A program made the translations under genes and the position numbers. Shown piece after piece: positions 50,784 through 59,865 of a stretch of 64,000 nucleotides of DNA (position 1 is its first letter; every line of letters begins with the position of its first letter). The notes beneath the pieces were generated by a model. It worked only from the letters and a program-made list of their open reading frames with translations. It did no database searches and had not been told where the DNA came from. Origin of the DNA: an uncultured Gammaproteobacteria bacterium (lineage in GTDB: Bacteria > Pseudomonadota > Gammaproteobacteria > SZUA-229); the NCBI GenBank assembly GCA_963924875.1, contig CAWUSX010000022.1:36808-100807 (forward strand). The letters are read 5' to 3'.

Positions 50784-51255
50784 ATGAATATTGAAAAAGT
50801 GACGTATAAAGATTACAGCCTATGTGATCCTAACTTTATGCAGGGTATTGATCTTCTTGTTGAAGGCCTTATTGCTCAAGCTGCGCATTGTTTTTGAGCT
50901 TGCTTATGAGCAAGTTACATATAAAAATCTGCATTATAATAAATATGCATCATTTTGTGGTTATACCCGAGTGTTAAATGGGGGTGACCGTGGTGGCTTG
51001 TCATTGTGTCGGGAGGTGGCTCGTCGTGAACTATATGATGGTGATGTGTTTTTTAATTTATCTAAGGCGGAATGGTTTTTTAAGGCGCGAAAGCAGACCA
51101 TTAGTGCATTAAGAGAAGGCTTGAGGGTTGACTTTATGCACCCTGGCTTGCGAGAATTACGCAATGCTTTAGGCGTCAGAAAAAAAGCGCCGATTATGTT
51201 TTTACCAAGAAAACATGTGCTTAATAATGGATTGGGAAAATTACTTAGAAAATAG
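50784..51255 (+). pseudogene. Unrecognised family, paralogue B, split by a +1 frameshift in a T5 run (50891-50895)
   Basis: ATG at 50784 (SD AAGAGGA) gives MNIEKVTYKDYSLCDPNFMQGIDLLVEGLIAQAAHCF, then TGA. Dropping one T joins it to ELAYEQVTYKNLHYNKYASFCG... of ORF 50824-51255, restoring about 156 aa colinear with paralogues A and C. Confidence 0.6.
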
Positions 51256-51333
51256 GATTGATTTTCCAGGTCAGGAAAAATTTATATGTAATCACTATTA
51301 AACGGAATTTTGTACACAAACAAGGAGGTGGTT

Positions 51334-51807
51334 GTGTCATATATTAAAGCGATTTATTTCGACTTAGATCAGTGTAATGAAGACTTTGTAAAAGGCATCA
51401 GGTTTTTAGAGCAGTGCTCAATTGAAGATTCCATTGCATGCTTTAAAAGCGCGTACAGCTCAGGGCCGGTTGACGATCGGTTGTTTCCTAAATATAAATC
51501 ATATTATGGCTTATCCTGCTTGTTGAGTGGGGATGATACGGCTATTTCTATTTGTCGAAATATTGTCATTAAATGCCCGTACGATGCGGACGTATGTCTA
51601 AATTTAGCGCGTGCGGAAGTCTTTATTGATAATCGAAAAGCGGCAATTCAGGTGATTGATAAGGGTTTAATTTTTTCCGCTCATCACGATGGATTAAATG
51701 CCTTTAAAAGTAAATTGGGGGTAAGAGGGCGTAGAATTTTGCCTTTTTTATCTCGAGATAATCGATTTAATATTCTGTTAGGTCGCCTCATACGCAGAAA
51801 AAAGTAA
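51334..51807 (+). CDS. Unrecognised family, paralogue C (157 aa)
   Basis: GTG at 51334, 5 nt after AGGAGG (51323-51328). MSYIKAIYFDLDQCNEDFVKG... and C-terminal LGVRGRRILPFLSRDNRFNILLGRLIRRKK. Confidence 0.65.
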   Translation: MSYIKAIYFDLDQCNEDFVKGIRFLEQCSIEDSIACFKSAYSSGPVDDRLFPKYKSYYGLSCLLSGDDTAISICRNIVIKCPYDADVCLNLARAEVFIDNRKAAIQVIDKGLIFSAHHDGLNAFKSKLGVRGRRILPFLSRDNRFNILLGRLIRRKK

Positions 51808-51826
51808 ATGTTGAAGGCCGCTTTTA

Positions 51827-51835
51827 TGCTATAGT
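51827..51835 (+). promoter_or_regulatory. Candidate extended -10 promoter (TGcTATAGT) for rnpB
   Basis: TGCTATAGT ends 7 nt before the predicted RNase P RNA 5' end. No good -35 at 17-nt spacing. Confidence 0.4.
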
Positions 51836-51842
51836 TTTGCGC

Positions 51843-52218
51843 GAAGTTGGCTGGGTAATCGCTGTGTGAGCAATTCTTTTGGGTTGTTTGCAGAGAGGAA
51901 AGTCCGGGCTCCATAGGGCAGGGTGCCAGGTAACGCCTGGGGGGCATAATGCCCACGGCTAGTGCAGCAGAAAGATACCGCCTCAGTTAGCTTAAGGCTT
52001 ATTGGGGTAAGGGTGAAATGGTGCGGTAAGAGCGCACCGCGCAACTGGTAACAGTTTGTGGCAAGGTAAACCCCACCTGGAGCAAGACCAAATAGAGAAG
52101 CTGAGGCGTGGCCCGCGCTGCTTCTGGGTAGGTTGCTTGAGGCGTGTAGTGATATACGTCCTAGATGAATGATTACCGCGGCTTCGGCCGTACAAAACCC
52201 GGCTTACAGGCCAACTTC
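51843..52218 (+). ncRNA. rnpB: RNase P RNA, bacterial type A
   Basis: GAAGTTGGC...GCCAACTTC forms the P1 pairing. Universal blocks are present: GAGGAAAGTCCGGGCTCCATAGGGCAGGGTGCCAGGTAACGCCTGGGGGG, GGTAAGGGTGAAATGGTGCGGTAAGAGCGCACCGC, GGTAAACCCCACCTGGAGCAAGACCAAATAG, CCTAGATGAATGATTACC and ACAAAACCCGGCTTA. A T-run follows. Confidence 0.93.
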
Positions 52219-52404
52219 TTTTTTTATTCTCCCTTCTTAATGTTCTTCTTAAAATTCCTCGCAGTTAATGTAGTTTATTAGGTAGTTTACTTAACTATCT
52301 GACTTATCATTTGTTATTCCGTTTGTCGCCATTGTATTTCTGTGAACCACTCCTAAGTTGTTGTCATATAAGGAAAAAACCCTCTATTTATTGCCTGTTT
52401 TTTC

Positions 52405-52434
52405 TTGACAGTGGTGGGTTGGGGTACCTATAGT
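52405..52434 (+). promoter_or_regulatory. Pmra-type sigma-70 promoter of the dcw cluster
   Basis: TTGACA (52405-52410), an 18-nt spacer, then TATAGT (52429-52434), about 115 nt upstream of mraZ. Confidence 0.6.
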
Positions 52435-52443
52435 ACGGTTGTG

Positions 52444-52468
52444 TGGAGAAAAGTGGGTGAAAGTGGGT
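52444..52468 (+). promoter_or_regulatory. MraZ operator: three direct TGGGN-type repeats with 5-nt spacers
   Basis: TGGAG-aaaag-TGGGT-gaaag-TGGGT lies immediately downstream of the -10. It matches the E. coli MraZ box architecture (TGGGN repeats at 10-bp periodicity). Confidence 0.6.
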
Positions 52469-52549
52469 GGAAATGTATTTTTTGCTACCTCAGTTATCAC
52501 CTCTTTTTAGAAAACAGGCTCATATAACAATGGCGAAGACGAATTAAGA

Positions 52550-53008
52550 ATGATTTTCCGCGGCATAAATAATCTAACGTTGGATGCAAAGGGCCGAATG
52601 GCTATTCCATCCCGTTACCGTGACAGGCTCATGGAGTCTTGCGGTGGCCGTTTGATTGTGACGGTGGATCTTGATCGTTGTTTACTGATTTATCCGCAGC
52701 ATGAATGGGAAATTATAGAGGCCCAATTGGTCAGTTTGCCTAGTCTGAATAAACAATCGCGATTAATTCAGCGTTTACTAATTGGTCATGCCACTGAGGC
52801 AGAGTTAGATAGTCAGGGGCGCATTCTGTTACCAACCATGCTGCGAGATTACGCCGGTCTGGATAAAAAATGCGTATTGATTGGTCAGGGTAAAAAATTC
52901 GAGATCTGGGATGAGCAGGTTTGGAGCGATAACCAGCAGGCCTGGTTAGATGAGGTTGATGGTGACGATAGTGAGTTGCCTGGCGCGCTAGAAAGTTTGT
53001 CTCTGTAA
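52550..53008 (+). CDS. mraZ: Transcriptional regulator MraZ
   Basis: 152 aa with two SpoVT/AbrB-like halves ([14 protein letters not shown] and [14 protein letters not shown]). Confidence 0.95.
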   Translation: MIFRGINNLTLDAKGRMAIPSRYRDRLMESCGGRLIVTVDLDRCLLIYPQHEWEIIEAQLVSLPSLNKQSRLIQRLLIGHATEAELDSQGRILLPTMLRDYAGLDKKCVLIGQGKKFEIWDEQVWSDNQQAWLDEVDGDDSELPGALESLSL

Positions 53009-53946
53009 TGGACGGTGATAACAATCATCATCGCCCCGTCCTGCTGGATGAGGTAGTGGAAGCGTTGGCGATAAAAAGTGACGGCGTTTATCTGGATGGA
53101 ACATTTGGCCGAGGCGGTCATGCGGAAAAGATTTTAAGTCATCTGGGGCCACAGGGCCGATTGCTGGCGATGGACCAGGATCCTCAGGCGATAGAAGTCG
53201 CGCAACAAAAATTTGCTAAAGAACCGCGATTTGAAATTGTTCAGCAGAATTTTGAAAAAATACAAGAGTTTGTAGCAAGTAAGGGATTAACGCACAAGGT
53301 AGATGGAGTGTTACTGGATATAGGTGTTTCATCACCTCAGTTAGATGATGCCTCTAGAGGGTTTAGTTTTTTGAGGTCGGGTCCATTGGATATGCGAATG
53401 AATCCGCAGGCTGGTCAATCGGCAGCTGAGTGGTTGGCGAACGTAGATGAGTATGATCTCGTGACAGTATTAATGCATAAGGGTGAAGAAAAGTTCGCGC
53501 GACGTATTGCAAGTGCAATTGTTGCAGCAAGGAAAGAAACAGAAATTACCGATACGGTTCAGCTGGCAAATATCATTGCTGCAGCGAAGCCGATAAAAGA
53601 TAAGAAAAAGCATCCGGCGACAAAGAGTTTTCAGGCCATTCGAATTCATATTAATCGAGAGTTAGAAGTGTTGGAAAGTGCATTGCAGGCATCGTTAAAT
53701 GTTCTTGCGGTAGGCGGACGACTTGCAGTCATTAGTTTTCATTCTTTAGAAGACAGAATGGTTAAGCGTTATTTTAGAGATGTGTCGCGTGGCCCGCAGA
53801 TACCAAAAGACATACCGATAATGGCAAAGGATATTGAACAGCCCTACAAATTGGTAGGCAAAGCTATTAAGCCTGGTAAGCAAGAGTTGCAAGAGAATCC
53901 GCGTGCCAGAAGTTCAGTGTTACGCGTGTTGGAAAGAATTAAGTGA
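53008..53946 (+). CDS. rsmH: 16S rRNA (cytosine1402-N4)-methyltransferase
   Basis: 312 aa with [30 protein letters not shown] and SFHSLEDR. Confidence 0.95.
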   Translation: MDGDNNHHRPVLLDEVVEALAIKSDGVYLDGTFGRGGHAEKILSHLGPQGRLLAMDQDPQAIEVAQQKFAKEPRFEIVQQNFEKIQEFVASKGLTHKVDGVLLDIGVSSPQLDDASRGFSFLRSGPLDMRMNPQAGQSAAEWLANVDEYDLVTVLMHKGEEKFARRIASAIVAARKETEITDTVQLANIIAAAKPIKDKKKHPATKSFQAIRIHINRELEVLESALQASLNVLAVGGRLAVISFHSLEDRMVKRYFRDVSRGPQIPKDIPIMAKDIEQPYKLVGKAIKPGKQELQENPRARSSVLRVLERIK

Positions 53947-54209
53947 AGTTAATGTTGGCAATGGTTGCTGTTATGATTTTAGCCATTATGTCATCAGCTA
54001 TTTCAGTAATTTACAGCAAACATCAAAGTAGAAAATTATTTGTTGAATTGCAGAAACTTGAAAAGCAAATCGATGGACTGGATATTGAATGGGGGCGCTT
54101 GCAGTTGGAGCAGAGTACGTGGTCCTCACAGGGAAGAGTAGAAAAAATTGCGCGTAAAAAATTGCACATGACACTGCCGAAGGCAAACGAAGTTATTTAT
54201 ATAAAATAA
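53943..54209 (+). CDS. ftsL: Cell division protein FtsL
   Basis: 88 aa with one TM helix then a coiled coil ([13 protein letters not shown]), positioned between rsmH and ftsI. The start is GTG 53943 or ATG 53952. Confidence 0.85.
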   Translation: MKLMLAMVAVMILAIMSSAISVIYSKHQSRKLFVELQKLEKQIDGLDIEWGRLQLEQSTWSSQGRVEKIARKKLHMTLPKANEVIYIK

Positions 54210-55903
54210 TGAAAAATAATAAATCACATTATCAATTCAGACGCGTAGTTGTGTTGACTATTTTTGCGCTAGCAATAAGTGGTTTGTTTTACCGTGCTCT
54301 GGATATGCAGGTTATTCATCAGGCGTTCTTTCAGCAGCAGGGTGATGCCAGACACATGCGCACCGTACCTATTTCTGCACATCGTGGTGATATTTATGAT
54401 CGAAATGGCGAGCCACTCGCAATCAGTACACCAGTTGACTCTGTATGGGTAAACCCTAAAGAATTTACAGATTTTAAAATTATTTCTAAGTTGGCGGAAA
54501 TTCTGGATTTAAATGCTGAGCATTTGAAAAATAAATTACGCAAACAAGCAGCTAAAGAATTTGTTTATATTCGTCGTCAGGTATCGCCGGATGTAGGTGG
54601 TGAGGTGAAGGCGTTAGGTATTAAGGGTGTTTACCTGCGCCGTGAATACAAACGTTACTACCCTTCAGGTGAAGTGACTTCACATGTACTTGGTTTTGCA
54701 AATGTTGATGACCAGGGGCAGGAGGGGTTGGAGCTTGCATATAATGACTGGCTAACGGGTGAAACAGGTGCGAAGAAAGTTATACGCGATCGTAAAGGGC
54801 AGGCGATAGATGACGTGGAGCGAATACGCCCGGCTCAGCCAGGGCAGTCGATCCATTTAAGTATCGATCGGCGTATCCAGTATTTGGCATACAGTGCCTT
54901 GAAAGCATCAGTAAAACAAAACAAAGCCATTGCAGGATCTGCAGTGGTTTTAGACGTTCATACGGGTGAAGTTCTCGCGATGGTTAATCAACCGTCGTTC
55001 AATGCTAATGATCGGAGTCAGTTACGCCCGGCAGTGTATAGAAATCGCTCAGTGACCGATGTATTTGAGCCTGGCTCCACGATGAAACCATTTACCATAG
55101 CGGCAGCACTGGAAACAGGAAAATGGAATCCAACAGATAACGTAAATACCTCGCCAGGCAGATACAAGGTACAGGGCAGTACAATTAAGGATATGCGAGA
55201 TTATGGAAAAATAAATCTTGGTGAAATTATTCTTAAGTCAAGTAATGTTGGCGTAAGTAAAGTTGCATTGTCTATAGGGCAAGAACAGCAGCTTGAAATG
55301 TATACAAAATTAGGTTTTGGGTTTACTACAGGCAGTGGTTTTCCTGGAGAGCGAAATGGTAATTTGCGCACCTCAAATGTAAGTGAGTTTGAACGCGCGA
55401 CTATGGCATTTGGTTATAGCCTTTCAGTGACTCCCTTGCAGCTTGCCAGAGCCTATGCGGCACTGGCTGCGAATGGAGTCATTTATCCGGTTACTTTTTT
55501 GAAACGTGAAGAAGAAGTGCACGGCGAAAAAATAATGTCGATGGATACAGCCAAAAAAGTACGTCGTATGATGGAACGTGTTGTAAGTGATGAAGGGACT
55601 GCAAAAAAAGCATCGATTGCCAATTACAGTGTTGCAGGAAAAACAGGCACTGTGCATAAGTTTATATCTGGTGGATATGCCGATGATAGATATCTTTCTG
55701 TTTTTGCAGGCATAGTGCCGGCAGATGATCCGCAGCTGGTTATGGTAGTTATGTTGAATGAACCAAGGAACGGCGAACATTATGGTGGACAAGTAGCGGC
55801 ACCAGTTTTTTCAAAAGTAATGTCCGGGGCCTTACGTTTATTAGATATTGAGCCAGATAACTTAGAATATGCGCAAGTTGGAAAAAAAGGTAAGAGCGCA
55901 TGA
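54209..55903 (+). CDS. ftsI: Peptidoglycan D,D-transpeptidase FtsI (PBP3)
   Basis: 564 aa with STMKP, KSSN and KTGT motifs. Confidence 0.95.
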   Translation: MKNNKSHYQFRRVVVLTIFALAISGLFYRALDMQVIHQAFFQQQGDARHMRTVPISAHRGDIYDRNGEPLAISTPVDSVWVNPKEFTDFKIISKLAEILDLNAEHLKNKLRKQAAKEFVYIRRQVSPDVGGEVKALGIKGVYLRREYKRYYPSGEVTSHVLGFANVDDQGQEGLELAYNDWLTGETGAKKVIRDRKGQAIDDVERIRPAQPGQSIHLSIDRRIQYLAYSALKASVKQNKAIAGSAVVLDVHTGEVLAMVNQPSFNANDRSQLRPAVYRNRSVTDVFEPGSTMKPFTIAAALETGKWNPTDNVNTSPGRYKVQGSTIKDMRDYGKINLGEIILKSSNVGVSKVALSIGQEQQLEMYTKLGFGFTTGSGFPGERNGNLRTSNVSEFERATMAFGYSLSVTPLQLARAYAALAANGVIYPVTFLKREEEVHGEKIMSMDTAKKVRRMMERVVSDEGTAKKASIANYSVAGKTGTVHKFISGGYADDRYLSVFAGIVPADDPQLVMVVMLNEPRNGEHYGGQVAAPVFSKVMSGALRLLDIEPDNLEYAQVGKKGKSA

Positions 55904-57429
55904 TGGCTGCAAAAAATGATCAAGCTATGTGTGTAACACTAAAACAATTATTGAGCGATTTTTGCGAGTGCGAATATTTGCCTGATGTGGAAGTGAAAGG
56001 CTTGGCGCTTGATAGCCGTAATATTGAGCAAGGTTATATTTTTGTTGCTTTAGAAGGTGGCTTTGATCATGGCTTGGCATACGCAGAAGCGGCCATTGGT
56101 CGAGGTGCTGTTGCGGTGTTGTGTGATGCACAGCACGATCAATATTGTCAGCAAATTTTGTCAAAAATAATGACAATGGCAGTGTGTATTCCGGTTAAAA
56201 ATCTGCAATCAAAATTGGGTCTTTTAGCAAATAAATTTTACGCATCTCCATCAGAAAAATTGTTTGTTAGCGGTGTAACAGGTACAGATGGAAAGACATC
56301 AGTAAGTCATTTTATCGCTCAGGCGATGAATAGCGGTGATTCAGCTGCAGCGGTGATTGGTACATTAGGTAATGGGCTTATCGATCATCTGGATGAATCA
56401 ACGCATACAACCCCAGATGTATTTAGCTTAAATAGTATGCTTGCGCAGTTTGAACGGCAGGGTGCAAAAAGTGTTGCAATGGAAGTGTCATCGCATGGCC
56501 TTGATCAGGATAGAGTGCTGGGTATTAACTTCGATGTTGCTGTACTGACAAATTTAACGCGTGATCATCTCGATTATCATGGTGATATTGAAGCCTATAA
56601 ACAGGCAAAGAAAAAACTGTTTATTGAAAATGATGATAGGACGCTGGTGTTAAACATAGATGATGCGTTCGGTAGCGAGATTTTCTCAGAGTTTAGGGAT
56701 TGTAGAAAAATTTGGTTATATGGATTAAATGAAACTCAGGTAAAGCAAAGTAAATTATTTGCCTATGCCAGCCACGTAGAAAATAAACCGGAAGGCATGA
56801 AGTTTATGCTGGTGAGTTCGCATGGTTCGTCTGAGGTTAATCTTGGCTTAATAGGCGAGTTTAATGTTTACAATGCACTGGCGTGTTTTTGTGTTTTATT
56901 GCAAAGCGGTATGAATTTTAATTATGCCATTAAGCGCATAGAAAAATTGCAAACTGTAGCTGGCAGAATGGAAGTAATTTATAAAGCAGACAAGCCGGTT
57001 GTAGTGATTGATTATGCGCATACACCTGCTGCATTATCTCAGGCATTAATCAATGTCCGCAGGCATGTTAGCGGAAAAGTGATTTGTGTATTTGGTTGCG
57101 GTGGCGATAGAGATGCAGGTAAGCGACCGATGATGGCGCAGATTGCAGACGAGTTGTCTGATTTGGTTATTATTACAAGCGATAACCCCCGAAATGAAGA
57201 CCCTGCATCTATTATTGATGAAGTCAGGCAGGGCATTAAAAATGAGTTGAAATTAATTGTCGAAGAAGATCGCGGAAGAGCAATTCAGCAAGCGATAAAT
57301 ATGGCGTCATTAGATGATTTGATTTTAATTGCGGGTAAAGGTCATGAAGAATTTCAAATCATAGCGAATAAAAAAATTCCATTTAGTGATAAGCAAAAAG
57401 CCATAGAAAGTTTGGAGGCTTATACATGA
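55900..57429 (+). CDS. murE: UDP-N-acetylmuramoyl-L-alanyl-D-glutamate--2,6-diaminopimelate ligase
   Basis: 509 aa with GVTGTDGKTS, the DNPR motif (TSDNPRNEDP) and GKGHE. Confidence 0.95.
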   Translation: MMAAKNDQAMCVTLKQLLSDFCECEYLPDVEVKGLALDSRNIEQGYIFVALEGGFDHGLAYAEAAIGRGAVAVLCDAQHDQYCQQILSKIMTMAVCIPVKNLQSKLGLLANKFYASPSEKLFVSGVTGTDGKTSVSHFIAQAMNSGDSAAAVIGTLGNGLIDHLDESTHTTPDVFSLNSMLAQFERQGAKSVAMEVSSHGLDQDRVLGINFDVAVLTNLTRDHLDYHGDIEAYKQAKKKLFIENDDRTLVLNIDDAFGSEIFSEFRDCRKIWLYGLNETQVKQSKLFAYASHVENKPEGMKFMLVSSHGSSEVNLGLIGEFNVYNALACFCVLLQSGMNFNYAIKRIEKLQTVAGRMEVIYKADKPVVVIDYAHTPAALSQALINVRRHVSGKVICVFGCGGDRDAGKRPMMAQIADELSDLVIITSDNPRNEDPASIIDEVRQGIKNELKLIVEEDRGRAIQQAINMASLDDLILIAGKGHEEFQIIANKKIPFSDKQKAIESLEAYT

Positions 57430-58766
57430 TGGCCTTGCAACAAGCATCTGAAATTCTGAATGGCGAAATGTTGGGAAATAATGTTGATTTTTCAACTGTA
57501 TCAACGGATACACGTAGTCTGCAGCCAGGTGATTTGTATATTGCATTAGATGGTGAGAATTTTGATGGTCACGATTATTTAACTCAGGCAGAAAAAGCTG
57601 GGGCTGCTGCGGCTATTGTACATAAAAATGTACATACAAATTTGCCACGTATTAAAGTTGAAGATACGCGTATTGCATTAGGTCGCTTAGCTGCGGCCTG
57701 GCGTCAATCGTTCGCTGGAAGTGTTGTCGCGATTACTGGAAGTAATGGTAAGACAACAGTTAAGGAGATGGCGACTGCAATTTTCTCTGAGCAGGCTGAT
57801 GTATTGGCGACAAAAGGGAATTTTAATAACGATATTGGCTTGCCACTTACTTTGCTACGAATGGGGCAGGAAAAATTTGCAGTCATTGAAATGGGTGCCA
57901 ATCACTCAGGTGAAATTGCCTATTTAACCAGTATTACAAAGCCTGATGTGGCGGCTATTACAAATGCGGGGCCGGCGCATCTGGAAGGCTTTGGCACTGT
58001 TAAAGGTGTGGCTGAAGCGAAAGGTGAAATTTATCAGGGTTTAACAGAGCAAGGAATTGCAGTTGTTAATCTGGATGATGAATATGCTGCATATTGGTCA
58101 GGTTTAAATGAGCATCGAAAGGTGTTTACTTTTTCTATGGGTAATACAACTGCGAATGCTTGTGGTGTATGGCAGGCAACAAAAAATGGCGGCAGGTTAA
58201 CGGTAAAAATTGACGCTGATGAATTAATTATTGATTTGAAATTGCACGGTTTACATAACGCAATAAATGCCCTGACAGCTATTTCTATCGCTGAAACTTT
58301 AAATATACCCAGAAGCAAAATAATCAAGGCATTAAGTGAATTTAGGTCAGTGCATGGACGCCTCGATTTTAATCAGCTAAGCGATTCATTACTGGTTATA
58401 GATGATAGCTACAATGCTAATCCGGCTTCATTAAACGCCGGCATTGAAGTGCTTGGTGAATTGCCGGGTGAGCATTGGCTGGTATTGGGTGATATGGGTG
58501 AGTTAGGAGATGAGGTACAGCGTATACATTTTGATGCGGGCGTATATGCAAAAGAGTCTGGAATAAATAAGTTATTGGCTGTAGGTGATAACAGTCGATA
58601 TGCCGTTGAGGCATTTGGTGATGACGCAATATTTTTTGAAACTAAAGATAAACTTGTAACATATGTGCAGCAGTACAAATCAGAATCACTAAATATATTG
58701 GTAAAAGGTTCCAGATTTATGCACATGGAAGAGATCGTTGACTCATTGAAAAAGGGAGTTAACTAA
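57426..58766 (+). CDS. murF: UDP-N-acetylmuramoyl-tripeptide--D-alanyl-D-alanine ligase
   Basis: 446 aa with ITGSNGKTT and DDSYNANP. Confidence 0.95.
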   Translation: MMALQQASEILNGEMLGNNVDFSTVSTDTRSLQPGDLYIALDGENFDGHDYLTQAEKAGAAAAIVHKNVHTNLPRIKVEDTRIALGRLAAAWRQSFAGSVVAITGSNGKTTVKEMATAIFSEQADVLATKGNFNNDIGLPLTLLRMGQEKFAVIEMGANHSGEIAYLTSITKPDVAAITNAGPAHLEGFGTVKGVAEAKGEIYQGLTEQGIAVVNLDDEYAAYWSGLNEHRKVFTFSMGNTTANACGVWQATKNGGRLTVKIDADELIIDLKLHGLHNAINALTAISIAETLNIPRSKIIKALSEFRSVHGRLDFNQLSDSLLVIDDSYNANPASLNAGIEVLGELPGEHWLVLGDMGELGDEVQRIHFDAGVYAKESGINKLLAVGDNSRYAVEAFGDDAIFFETKDKLVTYVQQYKSESLNILVKGSRFMHMEEIVDSLKKGVN

Positions 58767-59848
58767 TGCTTTTATGGCTCGCTGATTATTTAACGCAATA
58801 CCACAGTGGCTTCAATGTTTTTCGCTATCTTACATTGCGAGGTATTTTGGGTGCTTTAACAGCGCTTATTATATCGCTGATTATCGGTCCATCAATGATA
58901 CGCAAGTTAACCATGTATAAGATTGGGCAAAATATTCGTGATGATGGTCCTCAGGCTCATTTATCAAAAGCAGGAACGCCTACTATGGGTGGTTCTTTGA
59001 TATTGGTTGCTGTAGCTATTAGTACTGTGCTTTGGATGGACTTAGGCAATCGCCAGGTGATTATCGCGCTTACTGTAACCATGCTATTTGGTGGTATTGG
59101 CTTTGTTGATGATTACAAAAAATTAAAAGGTGGTAATAGTAAGGGCTTGTCGGCAAAGACCAAATACTTTTGGCAAACCGTATTTGGTCTGGGTGCGGCG
59201 ATTTATATTTATCAAACGGCAGTGCAGCCCATTGAGACCACCTTAATTATTCCATTTGTTAAAGATCTGTTTATTCCCTTAGGTATAGGTTTTGTTGCAT
59301 TGGCATATGTTGTGATTGTTGGCACCAGTAATTCGGTTAATTTAACGGATGGCCTGGATGGTCTGGCTATATTGCCAACCGTAATGGTCGCCGGTGCATT
59401 AGGTGTATTTGCATATGTGACAGGGCACGTCAATTTTGCCAATTATTTAAGTATCCCGTATGTAAATGGCGTAGGTGAGCTGGTTGTTTTTTGTGGCGCA
59501 CTGGTAGGTGCCGGGCTTGGTTTTTTATGGTTTAACACATACCCCGCACAAGTATTCATGGGTGATGTGGGAGCATTGGCATTAGGTGCTGCACTAGGTG
59601 TTGTCGCTGTGCTGATTCGGCAGGAATTAGTATTGTTTATTATGGGTGGCGTGTTTGTTATGGAAACCGTATCCGTCATATTGCAGGTGGCATCATTCAA
59701 ATTAACCGGACGCAGAATATTTAGAATGGCGCCATTGCACCATCATTTTGAATTAAAAGGCTGGCCTGAGCCTAGAGTAATTGTCAGGTTCTGGATTATT
59801 ACGGTGGTATTAGTATTAATCGGTTTAGCTTCATTGAAAGTAAGATAG
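58766..59848 (+). CDS. mraY: Phospho-N-acetylmuramoyl-pentapeptide transferase
   Basis: 360 aa with [19 protein letters not shown] and PLHHHFE. Confidence 0.97.
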   Translation: MLLWLADYLTQYHSGFNVFRYLTLRGILGALTALIISLIIGPSMIRKLTMYKIGQNIRDDGPQAHLSKAGTPTMGGSLILVAVAISTVLWMDLGNRQVIIALTVTMLFGGIGFVDDYKKLKGGNSKGLSAKTKYFWQTVFGLGAAIYIYQTAVQPIETTLIIPFVKDLFIPLGIGFVALAYVVIVGTSNSVNLTDGLDGLAILPTVMVAGALGVFAYVTGHVNFANYLSIPYVNGVGELVVFCGALVGAGLGFLWFNTYPAQVFMGDVGALALGAALGVVAVLIRQELVLFIMGGVFVMETVSVILQVASFKLTGRRIFRMAPLHHHFELKGWPEPRVIVRFWIITVVLVLIGLASLKVR

Positions 59849-59865
59849 GCAAGGGTTTAGGACTT

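Noticed and set aside
51829-52195. Two minus-strand ORFs of 71 and 67 aa
   Set aside because: They lie inside the RNase P RNA gene, whose universal sequence blocks are present on the plus strand.
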